Shown: positions 8,054 to 17,674 of the stretch, piece by piece | Layout: each line of letters starts with the position of its first letter | Position numbering within the stretch: position 1 is the stretch's first letter | IMG/VR virus record: IMGVR_UViG_3300030397_000207 | Location: 1 to 40,974 of that record | From: a virus | Taxonomy: Duplodnaviria; Caudoviricetes | Direction: 5' to 3' (one strand) | DNA length: 40,974 nucleotides | Translations under genes and position numbers: made by a program | The notes under the pieces: generated by a model | What the model saw: the letters and a program-made list of their open reading frames with translations, nothing else | Database searches by the model: none | What the model was told of the DNA's origin: nothing

Positions 8054-10983
8054 ACAGTTTTTTCCAATTCAGTCATCAATCTTGCTAATGCACTCTCAGA
8101 AAATATTTCTCTGAGTTTTTCATTGTCCATATTTAACAAATCAGTCGGATTCATGATGCCAGCGTTGGTTAACTGCGCAGCCTTTGAATCGCCTATGCCT
8201 TTTACAGATTTCCAGTCGAATTCAGTAGGTGATTCAGCGATAACGCTAACAGGGGGTGGGGGGGATTCTATAGGCTTAGATGCTTGTTCCTTCACCTCAA
8301 TAAGTGAACCTGGCTTTGCTGCCCTGAAATCACGCTCATCAATCTGAAATATATCGCCATGTTTTCTGTGACCATATCTATTTTTAGTCACATGGCCGAT
8401 GATGGGATGGTCCCCTATGTTGCCATCATTTAACTGTACACGCACTGTATCCCCCAAATCTGGTATATTGTCTGCACTCGCCATCATCATTGAAGATTTC
8501 GGCATTGCTAATCTTCCTCTCGATCTTCCCCTACCGCAACATCCAGCCATATCAATATCCTTATACTTATCTTTCATATATTCTATCAGTTTTTCGTGGG
8601 TTTGTCTACCAAGTTCCCTGCGTTGTCCTGAATAGAATCTATAATTTAATAATGGTTCATCGATTTTCTCAAACCACTTACCTGCTTGCGCCATCCTGAT
8701 AAAGTAATCCCAGTCTTCCCATGATTCCATATCTTCATCGAATCCGCCTATTTCTTCGTGGTATAATTTCGGAATCAGGCAAGATATAATGCACCATAAA
8801 TAACCGGTTGATGGTTCTCGAATTGCACGTTCACAATCGTAATTAAGTGCAGGATGAAGCACCTTTGCGATTCCAGCGTGATAATCTACCACCCTGTTAG
8901 CGATCTCATCTGGATTATCTACAAAAGCATGACCATAATATGATGAGTAAACGATACCTTCATGACGTTTTTGATACAGCTTTTCTAAGGCTGTCGGTTC
9001 TAACCAGTCGTCGGCGTCGAGAAAAAACAAATAATTTGATTTTGAATTTCTAGCCCCCACATTTCTGCAAAATCCAGCACCTCTAGGAGGATCATTATTA
9101 ATGTTTTCATCATAAGCCATAAAGTAATGATTTGCATATGGAAAAGAACTTTTCACCCTTATGTATTCATTATTGACAGACAGATCATCTATTCCTTGAT
9201 CCCAAACAACTATAACTTCCCACTTCTTAAACGTCTGTCCTTCAATGGAATCGAGTGCGTCAATAAGGAACTTTTCGTGACCTTTTCCGACTGGAATGAT
9301 AACCGATATTTCCGGTTCATCATACGAGCATACCGGATGGGAGTATCCATTTTCCGGCGTTGCTCGGCACGCCAACGGATATTGCTTGGTCGTAAACCAT
9401 CCTTTATCCTCTCTCCAATCGACTTCCCGATATTCTCGAACGCTTGTGCCACCTCCGCTATAATAGCGAAAAAAACTTTCATTGCTATTGATAAGTTTCG
9501 CATTGCAACCAGCGCTTGTGATTCTAAGGAAAAAATCTGAGTCTTCTGATCCTGCACCTATCGGTGCATATCGCTGCCTGTAACCACCAACTCTTTGCCA
9601 ATCCAGTTTTCTAAACATACAGGTTGTTGGGATTTGGTTACTCTGATAATATCCGTCATACGAAAATTCTCTAGGCCATTCTGAAATTGTCTCGTGTCCA
9701 CTTTGATCGATATGCCTAATTCTTGTATAGGCAATTCCGCATTGTGGGTCATTGTGAAGCCCTTTCAGGCAATTTTCTATCCATTCCGGCTCTATTTCGT
9801 CATCTGCATCAAGGCAGACAATGTAATTCCCCTTAGCGTGTTGGATGCCGTAATTGCGAGCATGGGATACTCCTTGATCAGGGCAGGAGAGAACGCTAAC
9901 AGGGGGGTAAGGTGTATCTAGAACAAATCGTCGTGTTAGATACCTCTCTGCTTTAACTCTACTATCATCAGTTGAATTATTATCTACCACAATCACTTCA
10001 CATTGAACCGTTTGATTTAACACAGATTCGATTGCTCTCCCCACTGTTAGCGCCTTATTGTAGCACGGTATTATAACGCTCACAGATGGTTCAATGGGAT
10101 GTTTTGCTATCTTATATACCCCTGCCACCTTTTCAATAGCAGAGGGCCAAGAAAATGCCTTAGCGGACTCTCTGGCATTGTCACCAAGCGCGCTGCGGTT
10201 GTTGATGCAAAATTCTAACCCTTGGCATAGGTCATCAAGATTATTAGGCTGTGCCAAATATCCCGTTACACCATGCTGAACTATATCCTTGTTTCCACCG
10301 TTGTTAAACCCTAATATCGGCACTCCTGATGCCATTGCCTCAAGGACACCAATTCCAAAAGTCTCTTTAGACGTAGATAGGTAGACACCGGTCTTCCTGA
10401 CAATTTCTTGCATTGCCTTCTTGTTTTGTGTCCCAATAATATGAAGATTTGAATTGGCATTCCCGAAGGTAGAGACAAATCTTTCACTTGGAAACACTCT
10501 TGATAATCTATCGATCCATTCTGTCGAGCAAGCATCGGTTTCTCTGTTTTTGTTCCACAATATGTATTGTTCATACGGCTCATTATGATCCCATTCTTCA
10601 AAGTCAATCCCATGCGGTATCACATGGGGATTGATGTGCATATCTCTGCGAATTGTTTGTGCTACCCATTCGGATGGAACAGTGATTTGATTTGCTTGAA
10701 CAAGGTTTTGAACGACAAAAGCATTCTCTGCCCATTCCCATTCTTCGGCATTTGGGTTATCGCCAGTCCAGTATAAACCATGACAATGAGAAACGAGCGG
10801 AAGGTTTTTATATCCTGGCGCAGATGCATGACATGCCATTAGGTCTATTGAATCAGCGTCTTCGTTAACTAATTCTATTCCATAATTGGGAAGATATTTG
10901 AAGTACTTCTCGACGACGGTTGATATGCCAGATGGAGAAAGGTTATCATTGATGTGGGGGCGCATTAGGACTTTGATTATCAT
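8035..10983 (-). CDS. Multidomain glycosyltransferase: GT4 (GT-B) + GT2 + GT2 + C-terminal helix-hairpin-helix
   Basis: ETFGIGVLEAMASGVP (GT4); two SVIIP...LDADD GT-A domains; VKGIGDSKAAQLTNAGI (HhH). AGGAGG RBS before ATG 10983. Confidence 0.9.
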   Translation of the reverse strand: MIIKVLMRPHINDNLSPSGISTVVEKYFKYLPNYGIELVNEDADSIDLMACHASAPGYKNLPLVSHCHGLYWTGDNPNAEEWEWAENAFVVQNLVQANQITVPSEWVAQTIRRDMHINPHVIPHGIDFEEWDHNEPYEQYILWNKNRETDACSTEWIDRLSRVFPSERFVSTFGNANSNLHIIGTQNKKAMQEIVRKTGVYLSTSKETFGIGVLEAMASGVPILGFNNGGNKDIVQHGVTGYLAQPNNLDDLCQGLEFCINNRSALGDNARESAKAFSWPSAIEKVAGVYKIAKHPIEPSVSVIIPCYNKALTVGRAIESVLNQTVQCEVIVVDNNSTDDSRVKAERYLTRRFVLDTPYPPVSVLSCPDQGVSHARNYGIQHAKGNYIVCLDADDEIEPEWIENCLKGLHNDPQCGIAYTRIRHIDQSGHETISEWPREFSYDGYYQSNQIPTTCMFRKLDWQRVGGYRQRYAPIGAGSEDSDFFLRITSAGCNAKLINSNESFFRYYSGGGTSVREYREVDWREDKGWFTTKQYPLACRATPENGYSHPVCSYDEPEISVIIPVGKGHEKFLIDALDSIEGQTFKKWEVIVVWDQGIDDLSVNNEYIRVKSSFPYANHYFMAYDENINNDPPRGAGFCRNVGARNSKSNYLFFLDADDWLEPTALEKLYQKRHEGIVYSSYYGHAFVDNPDEIANRVVDYHAGIAKVLHPALNYDCERAIREPSTGYLWCIISCLIPKLYHEEIGGFDEDMESWEDWDYFIRMAQAGKWFEKIDEPLLNYRFYSGQRRELGRQTHEKLIEYMKDKYKDIDMAGCCGRGRSRGRLAMPKSSMMMASADNIPDLGDTVRVQLNDGNIGDHPIIGHVTKNRYGHRKHGDIFQIDERDFRAAKPGSLIEVKEQASKPIESPPPPVSVIAESPTEFDWKSVKGIGDSKAAQLTNAGIMNPTDLLNMDNEKLREIFSESALARLMTELEKTVISSHT

Positions 10984-11396
10984 ATGCAACACACCTCCTG
11001 AATATCAAATATGCCCCGAAATATTCCAGCGCAATTATGGCATACCTTGTCCACCACCAAATCAGGCCACTCATACAAAGTAATTGATTGTGATGATAAA
11101 TAATCTGTTTCACGCTTGGGAAGCAACAACGCTAACAGGGGGGTGGGGTACACCTTCATGCTATCGTACCACCACATAAACATGTTGAGCATAGCGTTTC
11201 TTCTTGGGTCTTTGTTGACAACCTTAAACGTAGGAATATAGTCATGAGAGGGATACGACAGAGGGATTGCGAGCGTTTCTTTCATGCCATTGACAGGATA
11301 GGTTGCCTTGAGTGCCGGAACAAACTTGAATCGGTCCCATCCACCCCCTGTTAGCGTTCGTATTTGATACTTCCTAGTTTGAATTTCATACGCCAT
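10980..11396 (-). CDS. Hypothetical protein
   Basis: 138 aa with ATGA overlap to the glycosyltransferase; contains two copies of the dispersed motif. Confidence 0.55.
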   Translation of the reverse strand: MAYEIQTRKYQIRTLTGGGWDRFKFVPALKATYPVNGMKETLAIPLSYPSHDYIPTFKVVNKDPRRNAMLNMFMWWYDSMKVYPTPLLALLLPKRETDYLSSQSITLYEWPDLVVDKVCHNCAGIFRGIFDIQEVCCI

Positions 11397-11477
11397 GATG
11401 CCACCTAAAAAAATATAACTATCACCGATGCCAAAGAAACAAACAGTGATATAAATAATAGAGTTGATGATACGTTT

Positions 11478-12077
11478 TCATTCATTTTTGCACACCCATA
11501 TGGTTCGGTACTTTTGTCGATCTTTGACTAGTGTTCTGCCGATAGACTCAATGCTATCCCAATAGTTTGATAGCCAAAACGCCATTTGTCTGTCACTTGT
11601 AACATACTTAAACCCAGGACCATCACCCGCATATTGACATTCCAACAAGAACGTTGATTTTGTTCCAGATACAGTTCCAAGAAATTCATTATGGTTTGTG
11701 AGATAGGGAATAACAGAGAGGCACGATATATAATCCCATTCCGGGTTCCATTTAGTCAACCATTTGTAATCTTCAATATCTGCACACTCAACAGTTATTT
11801 TTCTATCACCTATTCTATCAATCATTGATGAGCAATTATGACTACTATTATCAATATACGTTACTGATTTTGCACCTGAATCATAAGCCAATAAGCACAA
11901 ATCTCCATAGCCTGCGCCCAAATCAAGAAGAGACTTACCATTAAAATCAATGCCATAATCCATTAGGATTTGCCATATCTGAGGCATTCTTACGTTTTTG
12001 CACACAATTTGTCCATCGTTTGTTTTAACCAAAATGCATCTCCTTCCGGTCTCTTGTCTGGACGTGGATCGTCCCAT
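11478..12077 (-). CDS. Class I SAM-dependent methyltransferase (true start may be 11987)
   Basis: LLDLGAGYG motif I; DYISCLSVIPY. Confidence 0.85.
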   Translation of the reverse strand: MGRSTSRQETGRRCILVKTNDGQIVCKNVRMPQIWQILMDYGIDFNGKSLLDLGAGYGDLCLLAYDSGAKSVTYIDNSSHNCSSMIDRIGDRKITVECADIEDYKWLTKWNPEWDYISCLSVIPYLTNHNEFLGTVSGTKSTFLLECQYAGDGPGFKYVTSDRQMAFWLSNYWDSIESIGRTLVKDRQKYRTIWVCKNE

Positions 12078-12424
12078 AATCGAGATTCTGCAAAATCTAT
12101 TATGTATAAAGAGTTATCTTTAACTATGATATTTGGTTCTGTTAGATCACCATGACGTATCTTGTTAACCGCAAGAAATCCTAATGCTATTTGGCAACGA
12201 TAAATAAACTTTTCAGGGAATGAAACCTTCTCCGATTCTCCCAAATCTTTCATTCTAATAGTTTCATCATCCAAACGCTGACAGGGGGTGGGTACGTATC
12301 CTGTACCACTCAATCTGTTTAAGCACCAAAACTCATTCTCGCAAAGAAACTTAATCTGCCGCTTATATATCCATCCATCTTGACGCCATACTGTGCTAAT
12401 TGAATTGCCAGATAAATTCACCAT
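11990..12424 (-). CDS. Small-molecule/sugar kinase (Kdo/RIO/APH-like fold)
   Basis: IRHGDLTEPNIIV and IIDFAES catalytic motifs. Confidence 0.8.
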   Translation of the reverse strand: MVNLSGNSISTVWRQDGWIYKRQIKFLCENEFWCLNRLSGTGYVPTPCQRLDDETIRMKDLGESEKVSFPEKFIYRCQIALGFLAVNKIRHGDLTEPNIIVKDNSLYIIDFAESRLWDDPRPDKRPEGDAFWLKQTMDKLCAKT

Positions 12425-13134
12425 CTCATTGACTCCAATTCAACTTGAACTATCTTTGCCCTATGAATCCATTCATTAATGCTCTCATCATTGTTTTCTC
12501 CCTCGAATGAAAGACCATCAACCCTAACGTATGACATAGAAAACCTATCGCTATTTTCCTGAATCAATATGGGCCATGATACGTCTACGCCGAACGTATC
12601 ATCCTCACTACAATCAACAATGAACTGAGCCGCATTTTTTGATATACCCCTGGCAGCGGCTAATACATCCCATTCTAGTCCAGTGAGATTCGCAAATTGT
12701 TTGTCAATGATTGATTCTGTTGATTTTTGAGATTCTGGATGGGAAATCCATGCGCGATTAGTTCGACCATATACTGTGAAATCTGATACGTGAATATTGT
12801 TGACAACACTTTTCAACTCATCGGGATAGTTGTTTGCCCAATGAACTGCCCTATCCCCATCGCAATAAAATATTGATTCAGGCGATTGAGACAAGCAAAG
12901 TGATAGTAATTCTCTGCGTATTCTGCCGATTTCATTGATTAGGTCTTTACATGGTGGTTCTGTTTTAACGTCGGTGCAATTTTCGGAGAGGATTTTCTGA
13001 GAGATTGTATCGGTAGTATCGCTAACATGGGCAACAATGCCGTCAAAAATCTTATTAAATATCGGTATTGCCTTCCTTAACTCATCTGTCTTTGATCCAT
13101 TAGGATCGTGATACGGCATTGCAAGTAAAATCAT
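12418..13134 (-). CDS. Putative GT-A fold glycosyltransferase-like protein
   Basis: IFYCDGDR DxD motif; located in the sugar cluster. Confidence 0.5.
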   Translation of the reverse strand: MILLAMPYHDPNGSKTDELRKAIPIFNKIFDGIVAHVSDTTDTISQKILSENCTDVKTEPPCKDLINEIGRIRRELLSLCLSQSPESIFYCDGDRAVHWANNYPDELKSVVNNIHVSDFTVYGRTNRAWISHPESQKSTESIIDKQFANLTGLEWDVLAAARGISKNAAQFIVDCSEDDTFGVDVSWPILIQENSDRFSMSYVRVDGLSFEGENNDESINEWIHRAKIVQVELESMRW

Positions 13135-13733
13135 TTTGTATCTCCAATTCTAAAAGCTATCAAGCTTCTCACATATAAAATCTGCTCATACTTATCAATT
13201 AGCAACTCATCAACTGCCTTCGTTACCCCTGGTAATGGTTTAGGATGTGGTGCTTTTCCTACTACATTTTTATAGGCATCCTCTTTGCGATAATCGTGAA
13301 CGGCAAGTATCCCACCCCCTGTTAGCGCGTGTTCTATACAGTTATGTATATCAGATTTACATCCCTCATAGGAATGATCCCCATCAATGAAGGCCATATC
13401 AACACATTCGTAATGACGGCCATATATCTTAGGAATGAGTACCGCAGAATCACCATGATTTTGAATTGACCTATGCGAGAATCCTGCTTTATCTAATACT
13501 ATTTTTTCAGCATGTAGAGAACCAAAAGGATTGTCATCATTGCGAATATCAATTGTTCTCAGCACGGATGGTTTCTTAGACTCAAGCATTGCAAGAGAGG
13601 AAGTACCAGCACCCGCACCGATTTGTAAAATTGATGCGCCATTTGAAAGAGAATCGGCTAAACTTCGTAACGCCTTAACCTCTTCCTCAAACAGATATCC
13701 AAATGAGCGTTGCACATCCATTGCCGTTATCAT
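13131..13733 (-). CDS. SAM methyltransferase (Methyltransf_24-like)
   Basis: ILQIGAGAGTS, FIDGDHSYEG, GGILAVHDY. Confidence 0.85.
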   Translation of the reverse strand: MITAMDVQRSFGYLFEEEVKALRSLADSLSNGASILQIGAGAGTSSLAMLESKKPSVLRTIDIRNDDNPFGSLHAEKIVLDKAGFSHRSIQNHGDSAVLIPKIYGRHYECVDMAFIDGDHSYEGCKSDIHNCIEHALTGGGILAVHDYRKEDAYKNVVGKAPHPKPLPGVTKAVDELLIDKYEQILYVRSLIAFRIGDTK

Positions 13734-14860
13734 TCAAAATACTCCGTAATCACTTCGACTATCTTATCCATATCAGTAAAATCTAACCCTTGATGCACGC
13801 CCACATAAAACCCACTATTATTTATCCACTGCGAAACTGGATAATCCGCAGGGTTAAAGTCGTAGCATGGTTGATTTGTGAGCGGCATCATTCTTCGTGA
13901 TTCAATGCCGTTTTCTGATAGGTGTTTGATAAGGTGAGCGGCGTTTAGTTCACGAAGCACAATAGGGAATACCATAAACGAATGCTCTGGATGCATAAGT
14001 GGCAATTGTAACCACGCTAACAGGGGTGTGAGTTTGCCGTATAAGTATCGAGCATTCTTTCTACGTTTCTCTACTATTTTTGGTAAATCATCTATTTGGG
14101 ATAGTCCTAAAGCTGCTTCTAGCTCAGTTGGCCGGAATGAATGACCTATTGATGTAAATGAAAACTTGCGTGCAAGATGGGATGGATCGTAGAACGTACC
14201 GCTTGGCAATTCTGAAACATCAATACCGTGATTAACGATTGAACGGATTTTTAGTGCTAGGTCTTTGTCGCTTGTTGTGCATAGTCCACCCACGCCAGTT
14301 ACGAGATGATGAGCGGCATAGGTAGAGAAGCATCCAACGTCACCCCATGAACCTACTGGTTGTTCATTATCTTTTGACAGCACGCATTCGCAACTATCTT
14401 CTACGACTGCCAACCCCGAACCATATGCGATGCTTGAAATTATTTCCACATCTGATGGCATCCCAAATAAATGAACAGGAATTATTGCAACCGAATCAGG
14501 ATTAATTTCTCTGCCTATCAAATCAAAATCAATATTGTATGTCTCTTCACACACATCAACCAGAACTGGCTTCAATCCCGCATGAACGATTGCGTTCACA
14601 GACGCTACAAACGTCAGAGACGGTACAATAACCTCTGCGCCATCTTTCCACCCATGAAGCTCTTTTAACGCCTGTAGGGACGCTAACAGGGAGGATGTGC
14701 CGCTGTTTGTGAAAATGCCATATTCACATCCATGCATCTGAGCGAATCGTGATTCAAAATCACGGCATAATGGTCCATATGATATACGCCGAGTGTCGAG
14801 AACCATATTGACTAATTCTTTTGTGTACTGAGTTGGCTTGAATTCTCCGAGTGTTATCAT
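13730..14860 (-). CDS. DegT/DnrJ/EryC1/StrS-family sugar aminotransferase
   Basis: NSGTSSL, VPSLTFVAS, PVHLFG, VEDSCE and GCFSTYAAHHL motifs. Confidence 0.9.
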   Translation of the reverse strand: MITLGEFKPTQYTKELVNMVLDTRRISYGPLCRDFESRFAQMHGCEYGIFTNSGTSSLLASLQALKELHGWKDGAEVIVPSLTFVASVNAIVHAGLKPVLVDVCEETYNIDFDLIGREINPDSVAIIPVHLFGMPSDVEIISSIAYGSGLAVVEDSCECVLSKDNEQPVGSWGDVGCFSTYAAHHLVTGVGGLCTTSDKDLALKIRSIVNHGIDVSELPSGTFYDPSHLARKFSFTSIGHSFRPTELEAALGLSQIDDLPKIVEKRRKNARYLYGKLTPLLAWLQLPLMHPEHSFMVFPIVLRELNAAHLIKHLSENGIESRRMMPLTNQPCYDFNPADYPVSQWINNSGFYVGVHQGLDFTDMDKIVEVITEYFE

Positions 14861-15567
14861 AGCATTCCTTCCACAGCCCCTCTGTCTTCTCCCCTCAATT
14901 CATCTAAATAATAAACTGAATGATCGCCCCCACGTTGTCCCAACGTATGATGAATCGGCATCGCATCAGGATTCCCAGGTATCCAACTCCTAGTGCCGAT
15001 TACCTGATACTTCATCTGCCGTAATCGGTTAGTGCCGTTCAACTCCACATCGTGCGGCGATTCATTTGGTATTAACACATCAAGCAACGCCTTGCGATTC
15101 CATATACCAGCCATCAAAGACATATGATAAGCGGACTCAGGATCAGACAGCAGGAGGGGAATATGATTGTACGTCACATAATCCACCACCCTGTTAGCGT
15201 ATCTCCTATCAGTCCCCAAGTCCATCTTGATAACGTCATGATGAGTTCGCATGTACTCTGCAAGAATCATTACCTGATCATGATGGACCGGTCTTGTAAT
15301 CCAGTAATCTTCTAGCATCAGTATGAAGTAGTCATCATTAAAATCTTGTGTGAATAACTTGATAACTGCATTTGACCATTTATTGAACGGATAGTCTTCA
15401 AACTTTCCGACGCTATGCCATGAGTAACCAGTCGGGAGGGACCACGAAGGGGCTGAGAATCCACAAACGCTAACAGGGGGGTGGGATGGCCAGTACTTGT
15501 CCATTAGGTGGCAGAATGGTTTGACTGAGTTTAGATATTTATCCGATGTTAGGCAGAATATTCTCAC
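14857..15567 (-). CDS. Putative glycosyltransferase (GT-A-like)
   Basis: FILMLEDYW and SLMAGIWNR...SPHDVELNG; located in the sugar cluster. Confidence 0.55.
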   Translation of the reverse strand: MRIFCLTSDKYLNSVKPFCHLMDKYWPSHPPVSVCGFSAPSWSLPTGYSWHSVGKFEDYPFNKWSNAVIKLFTQDFNDDYFILMLEDYWITRPVHHDQVMILAEYMRTHHDVIKMDLGTDRRYANRVVDYVTYNHIPLLLSDPESAYHMSLMAGIWNRKALLDVLIPNESPHDVELNGTNRLRQMKYQVIGTRSWIPGNPDAMPIHHTLGQRGGDHSVYYLDELRGEDRGAVEGML

Positions 15568-15751
15568 TTTCCATACCCCTCATGCACATCACACAGTCAA
15601 TCAAGTTCAAATCCTCATCCTCTTCGTTATACTGACTTGTCGGTATCAACCTTCCGCACAATGTTTTATGACCATGATCGGTGAAATGCCATTTCCCTAA
15701 TATAATTTCGTCTACTCTTCCCCTTGATGTTCTATATCTGATTGCGTACAT
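15539..15751 (-). CDS. Small hypothetical protein with His/Cys cluster
   Basis: WH...TLCG...CVMC pattern; couples to neighbouring genes. Confidence 0.5.
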   Translation of the reverse strand: MYAIRYRTSRGRVDEIILGKWHFTDHGHKTLCGRLIPTSQYNEEDEDLNLIDCVMCMRGMESENILPNIG

Positions 15752-15753
15752 TT

Positions 15754-16734
15754 CTATTTACCTTTATGGCTTTTAATTTTTTCCTCTATTGACTCCATGC
15801 CCATTAAATCCAATTGATATTCAAAATATTCTAGTGTTAAATCCAGCCCTCGATCCAGAACAGTGAACTCAAAATCGCCTAGTAATCTTTTCATTCGTTC
15901 ATTTGAATAGTGTCGATGCATGGTTCCGTTTGGTTTAGTTGAATCCCATGTGTAGGAATTAACGCCCATGCGCTTGGCGATGAGATCAGCCACCGCGCTA
16001 ACAGGGGTGGGAAGGCTCGGACTTACGTTGAATGGCTTTGAATCTTTGATATGCTCACCGGCCATTATTAGTATTTTGGCAGCGTCTCTAACATACAGGA
16101 AATCACGAGTAGGTGTACCATCCCCCCATAACTCAGGGTTTTTGTGGGAATAGAATTTGGTGATTATCGACGGGATGACGTGTGCATTTTCCTCAAAAAA
16201 ATAATCACCAGGGCCATACAGATTTGATAGTATGGGGAAAACGGACCCTTCAGGGAATTCATACGAATCCATTAGGATTCCAAGATTTCGCTTTGCCATT
16301 CCGTAGTGATAGTTGGCATCGGAAGGATACCCCACTGTTAGCGCGGTTTCGTTAATCGGAAGGATACCCTCGTCTAAATCAGCATACATACATACTGATC
16401 CAACTGTAACCACTTTTCCAACATTAAACTTATGACAGCATTCAATCACATTCAAATCAATAGCGGTATTCGTCGTGAAGTAGGATATGCCATTCTTAAC
16501 GTTATCCTTGATGCCATTACATTTGGCAGCTAAGTGGAAGACCATATCAAATGGTCCCTCCTGGAAAAAGAGTTTGATTGATTGCTGGCGGTCGGTTAAA
16601 TCAATGCCAGATGGCACAACAATATCACAATCGTGCCTTGATAGCTCATCAACAAAATGACTACCTAAAAAACCGGTTCCGCCAGTGACTAGGATGTTTC
16701 TGTTTTGATAGAAGTTAGTCATGATATTATCCAT
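15754..16734 (-). CDS. NAD-dependent epimerase/reductase, GDP-L-fucose synthase-like
   Basis: LVTGGTGFLGS, YGMAK, NLYGPGD..HVIPS, WGDGTPTRDFLYV. Confidence 0.9.
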   Translation of the reverse strand: MDNIMTNFYQNRNILVTGGTGFLGSHFVDELSRHDCDIVVPSGIDLTDRQQSIKLFFQEGPFDMVFHLAAKCNGIKDNVKNGISYFTTNTAIDLNVIECCHKFNVGKVVTVGSVCMYADLDEGILPINETALTVGYPSDANYHYGMAKRNLGILMDSYEFPEGSVFPILSNLYGPGDYFFEENAHVIPSIITKFYSHKNPELWGDGTPTRDFLYVRDAAKILIMAGEHIKDSKPFNVSPSLPTPVSAVADLIAKRMGVNSYTWDSTKPNGTMHRHYSNERMKRLLGDFEFTVLDRGLDLTLEYFEYQLDLMGMESIEEKIKSHKGK

Positions 16735-16795
16735 ATTAGATACGAAACAAAAACGACCACATTAGATATGGCCGACAATATCAAAATTGAATTGT

Positions 16796-16981
16796 TCATT
16801 TCAGTCCCCTTATTGGTGTCAACTCAGTAATTTCACACTTTTCGACGACAATTGGCTCACCAGCCTCAAACACAAATATGCAGTCAAATCCAAATATTAC
16901 TCTTGTCTTTTTTTCCTGATCAGTAACCATGACACTAAACGGCATCATTGCAATGATGAATATAACTAATATTTTAATCAT
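16796..16981 (-). CDS. Small secreted/membrane hypothetical protein
   Basis: Hydrophobic N-terminus; overlaps the MazG-like stop. Confidence 0.4.
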   Translation of the reverse strand: MIKILVIFIIAMMPFSVMVTDQEKKTRVIFGFDCIFVFEAGEPIVVEKCEITELTPIRGLK

Positions 16982-17297
16982 CGCGGTTTATGCTCCTTTT
17001 GCTTTCAAATCCATTCGGATAACGCTCGTTTAACTTTACTATATTTTGCACAATCACACTGTTAATAGAAAACCCCAGGATGTTGCACATTTGAACAATG
17101 TAATACAATTGATCTCCCATCTCATCTTTTATTGCATATTCGTCATAATCATGACCATGAAACAACCACTTTTTAATTGTTCCTTGGGATTCTCCCGACT
17201 CACCAAATCCCAAAGCACATTCCAACACCTGATCTCTTTGGGAATTATCTGTTTTCCATTTGGTATTGCACCATTCTTGATATTTCTCAAAACTCAT
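16974..17297 (-). CDS. MazG-like nucleotide pyrophosphohydrolase
   Basis: ALGFGESGE...IKKWLFHGH...DEMGDQLYY...NIVKLNERYPNGF. Confidence 0.85.
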   Translation of the reverse strand: MSFEKYQEWCNTKWKTDNSQRDQVLECALGFGESGESQGTIKKWLFHGHDYDEYAIKDEMGDQLYYIVQMCNILGFSINSVIVQNIVKLNERYPNGFESKRSINRDD

Positions 17298-17479
17298 TTT
17301 TTGTCTCCATTTTCAATCAGTTGTAGGCTTCCCCACTTGTAATTTATCACAGTTGAATTGTTTGCGCAATTGTACAACAAGTTACGTAAGTTCGCTGTTG
17401 TTCGGCATACAATTGTATATGAATTTGTGTATACAAAACAGAATGTAATTATTGCAAAAATACTAAAGGAAATTCCAAA

Positions 17480-17674
17480 ATGAAACAAAAGATCACGATG
17501 AATATTCGCATGTCTGAGGCTCACAGAAATGCTCTGAAAGAGATTGCAGACAGTAATGGTATGTCAATGTCGTCAGCGATTCGCTCTCTTATTGATAGAG
17601 AGATAGGTCGTCGTATTATGCAGAATGAATCAGTGACAACGCTAACAGGGGTGAAATGTGAGCGACAATCATAA
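17480..17674 (+). CDS. Ribbon-helix-helix (CopG/Arc-like) DNA-binding protein
   Basis: MNIRMSEAHRNALKEIA..GMSMSSAIRSLI; AAGGA RBS. Confidence 0.75.
   Translation: MKQKITMNIRMSEAHRNALKEIADSNGMSMSSAIRSLIDREIGRRIMQNESVTTLTGVKCERQS

Noticed and set aside
7883-8347. Plus-strand ORF with repeated PHVCEE
   Set aside because: Antisense shadow; the peptide repeat only reflects the CRISPR-like DNA repeats.
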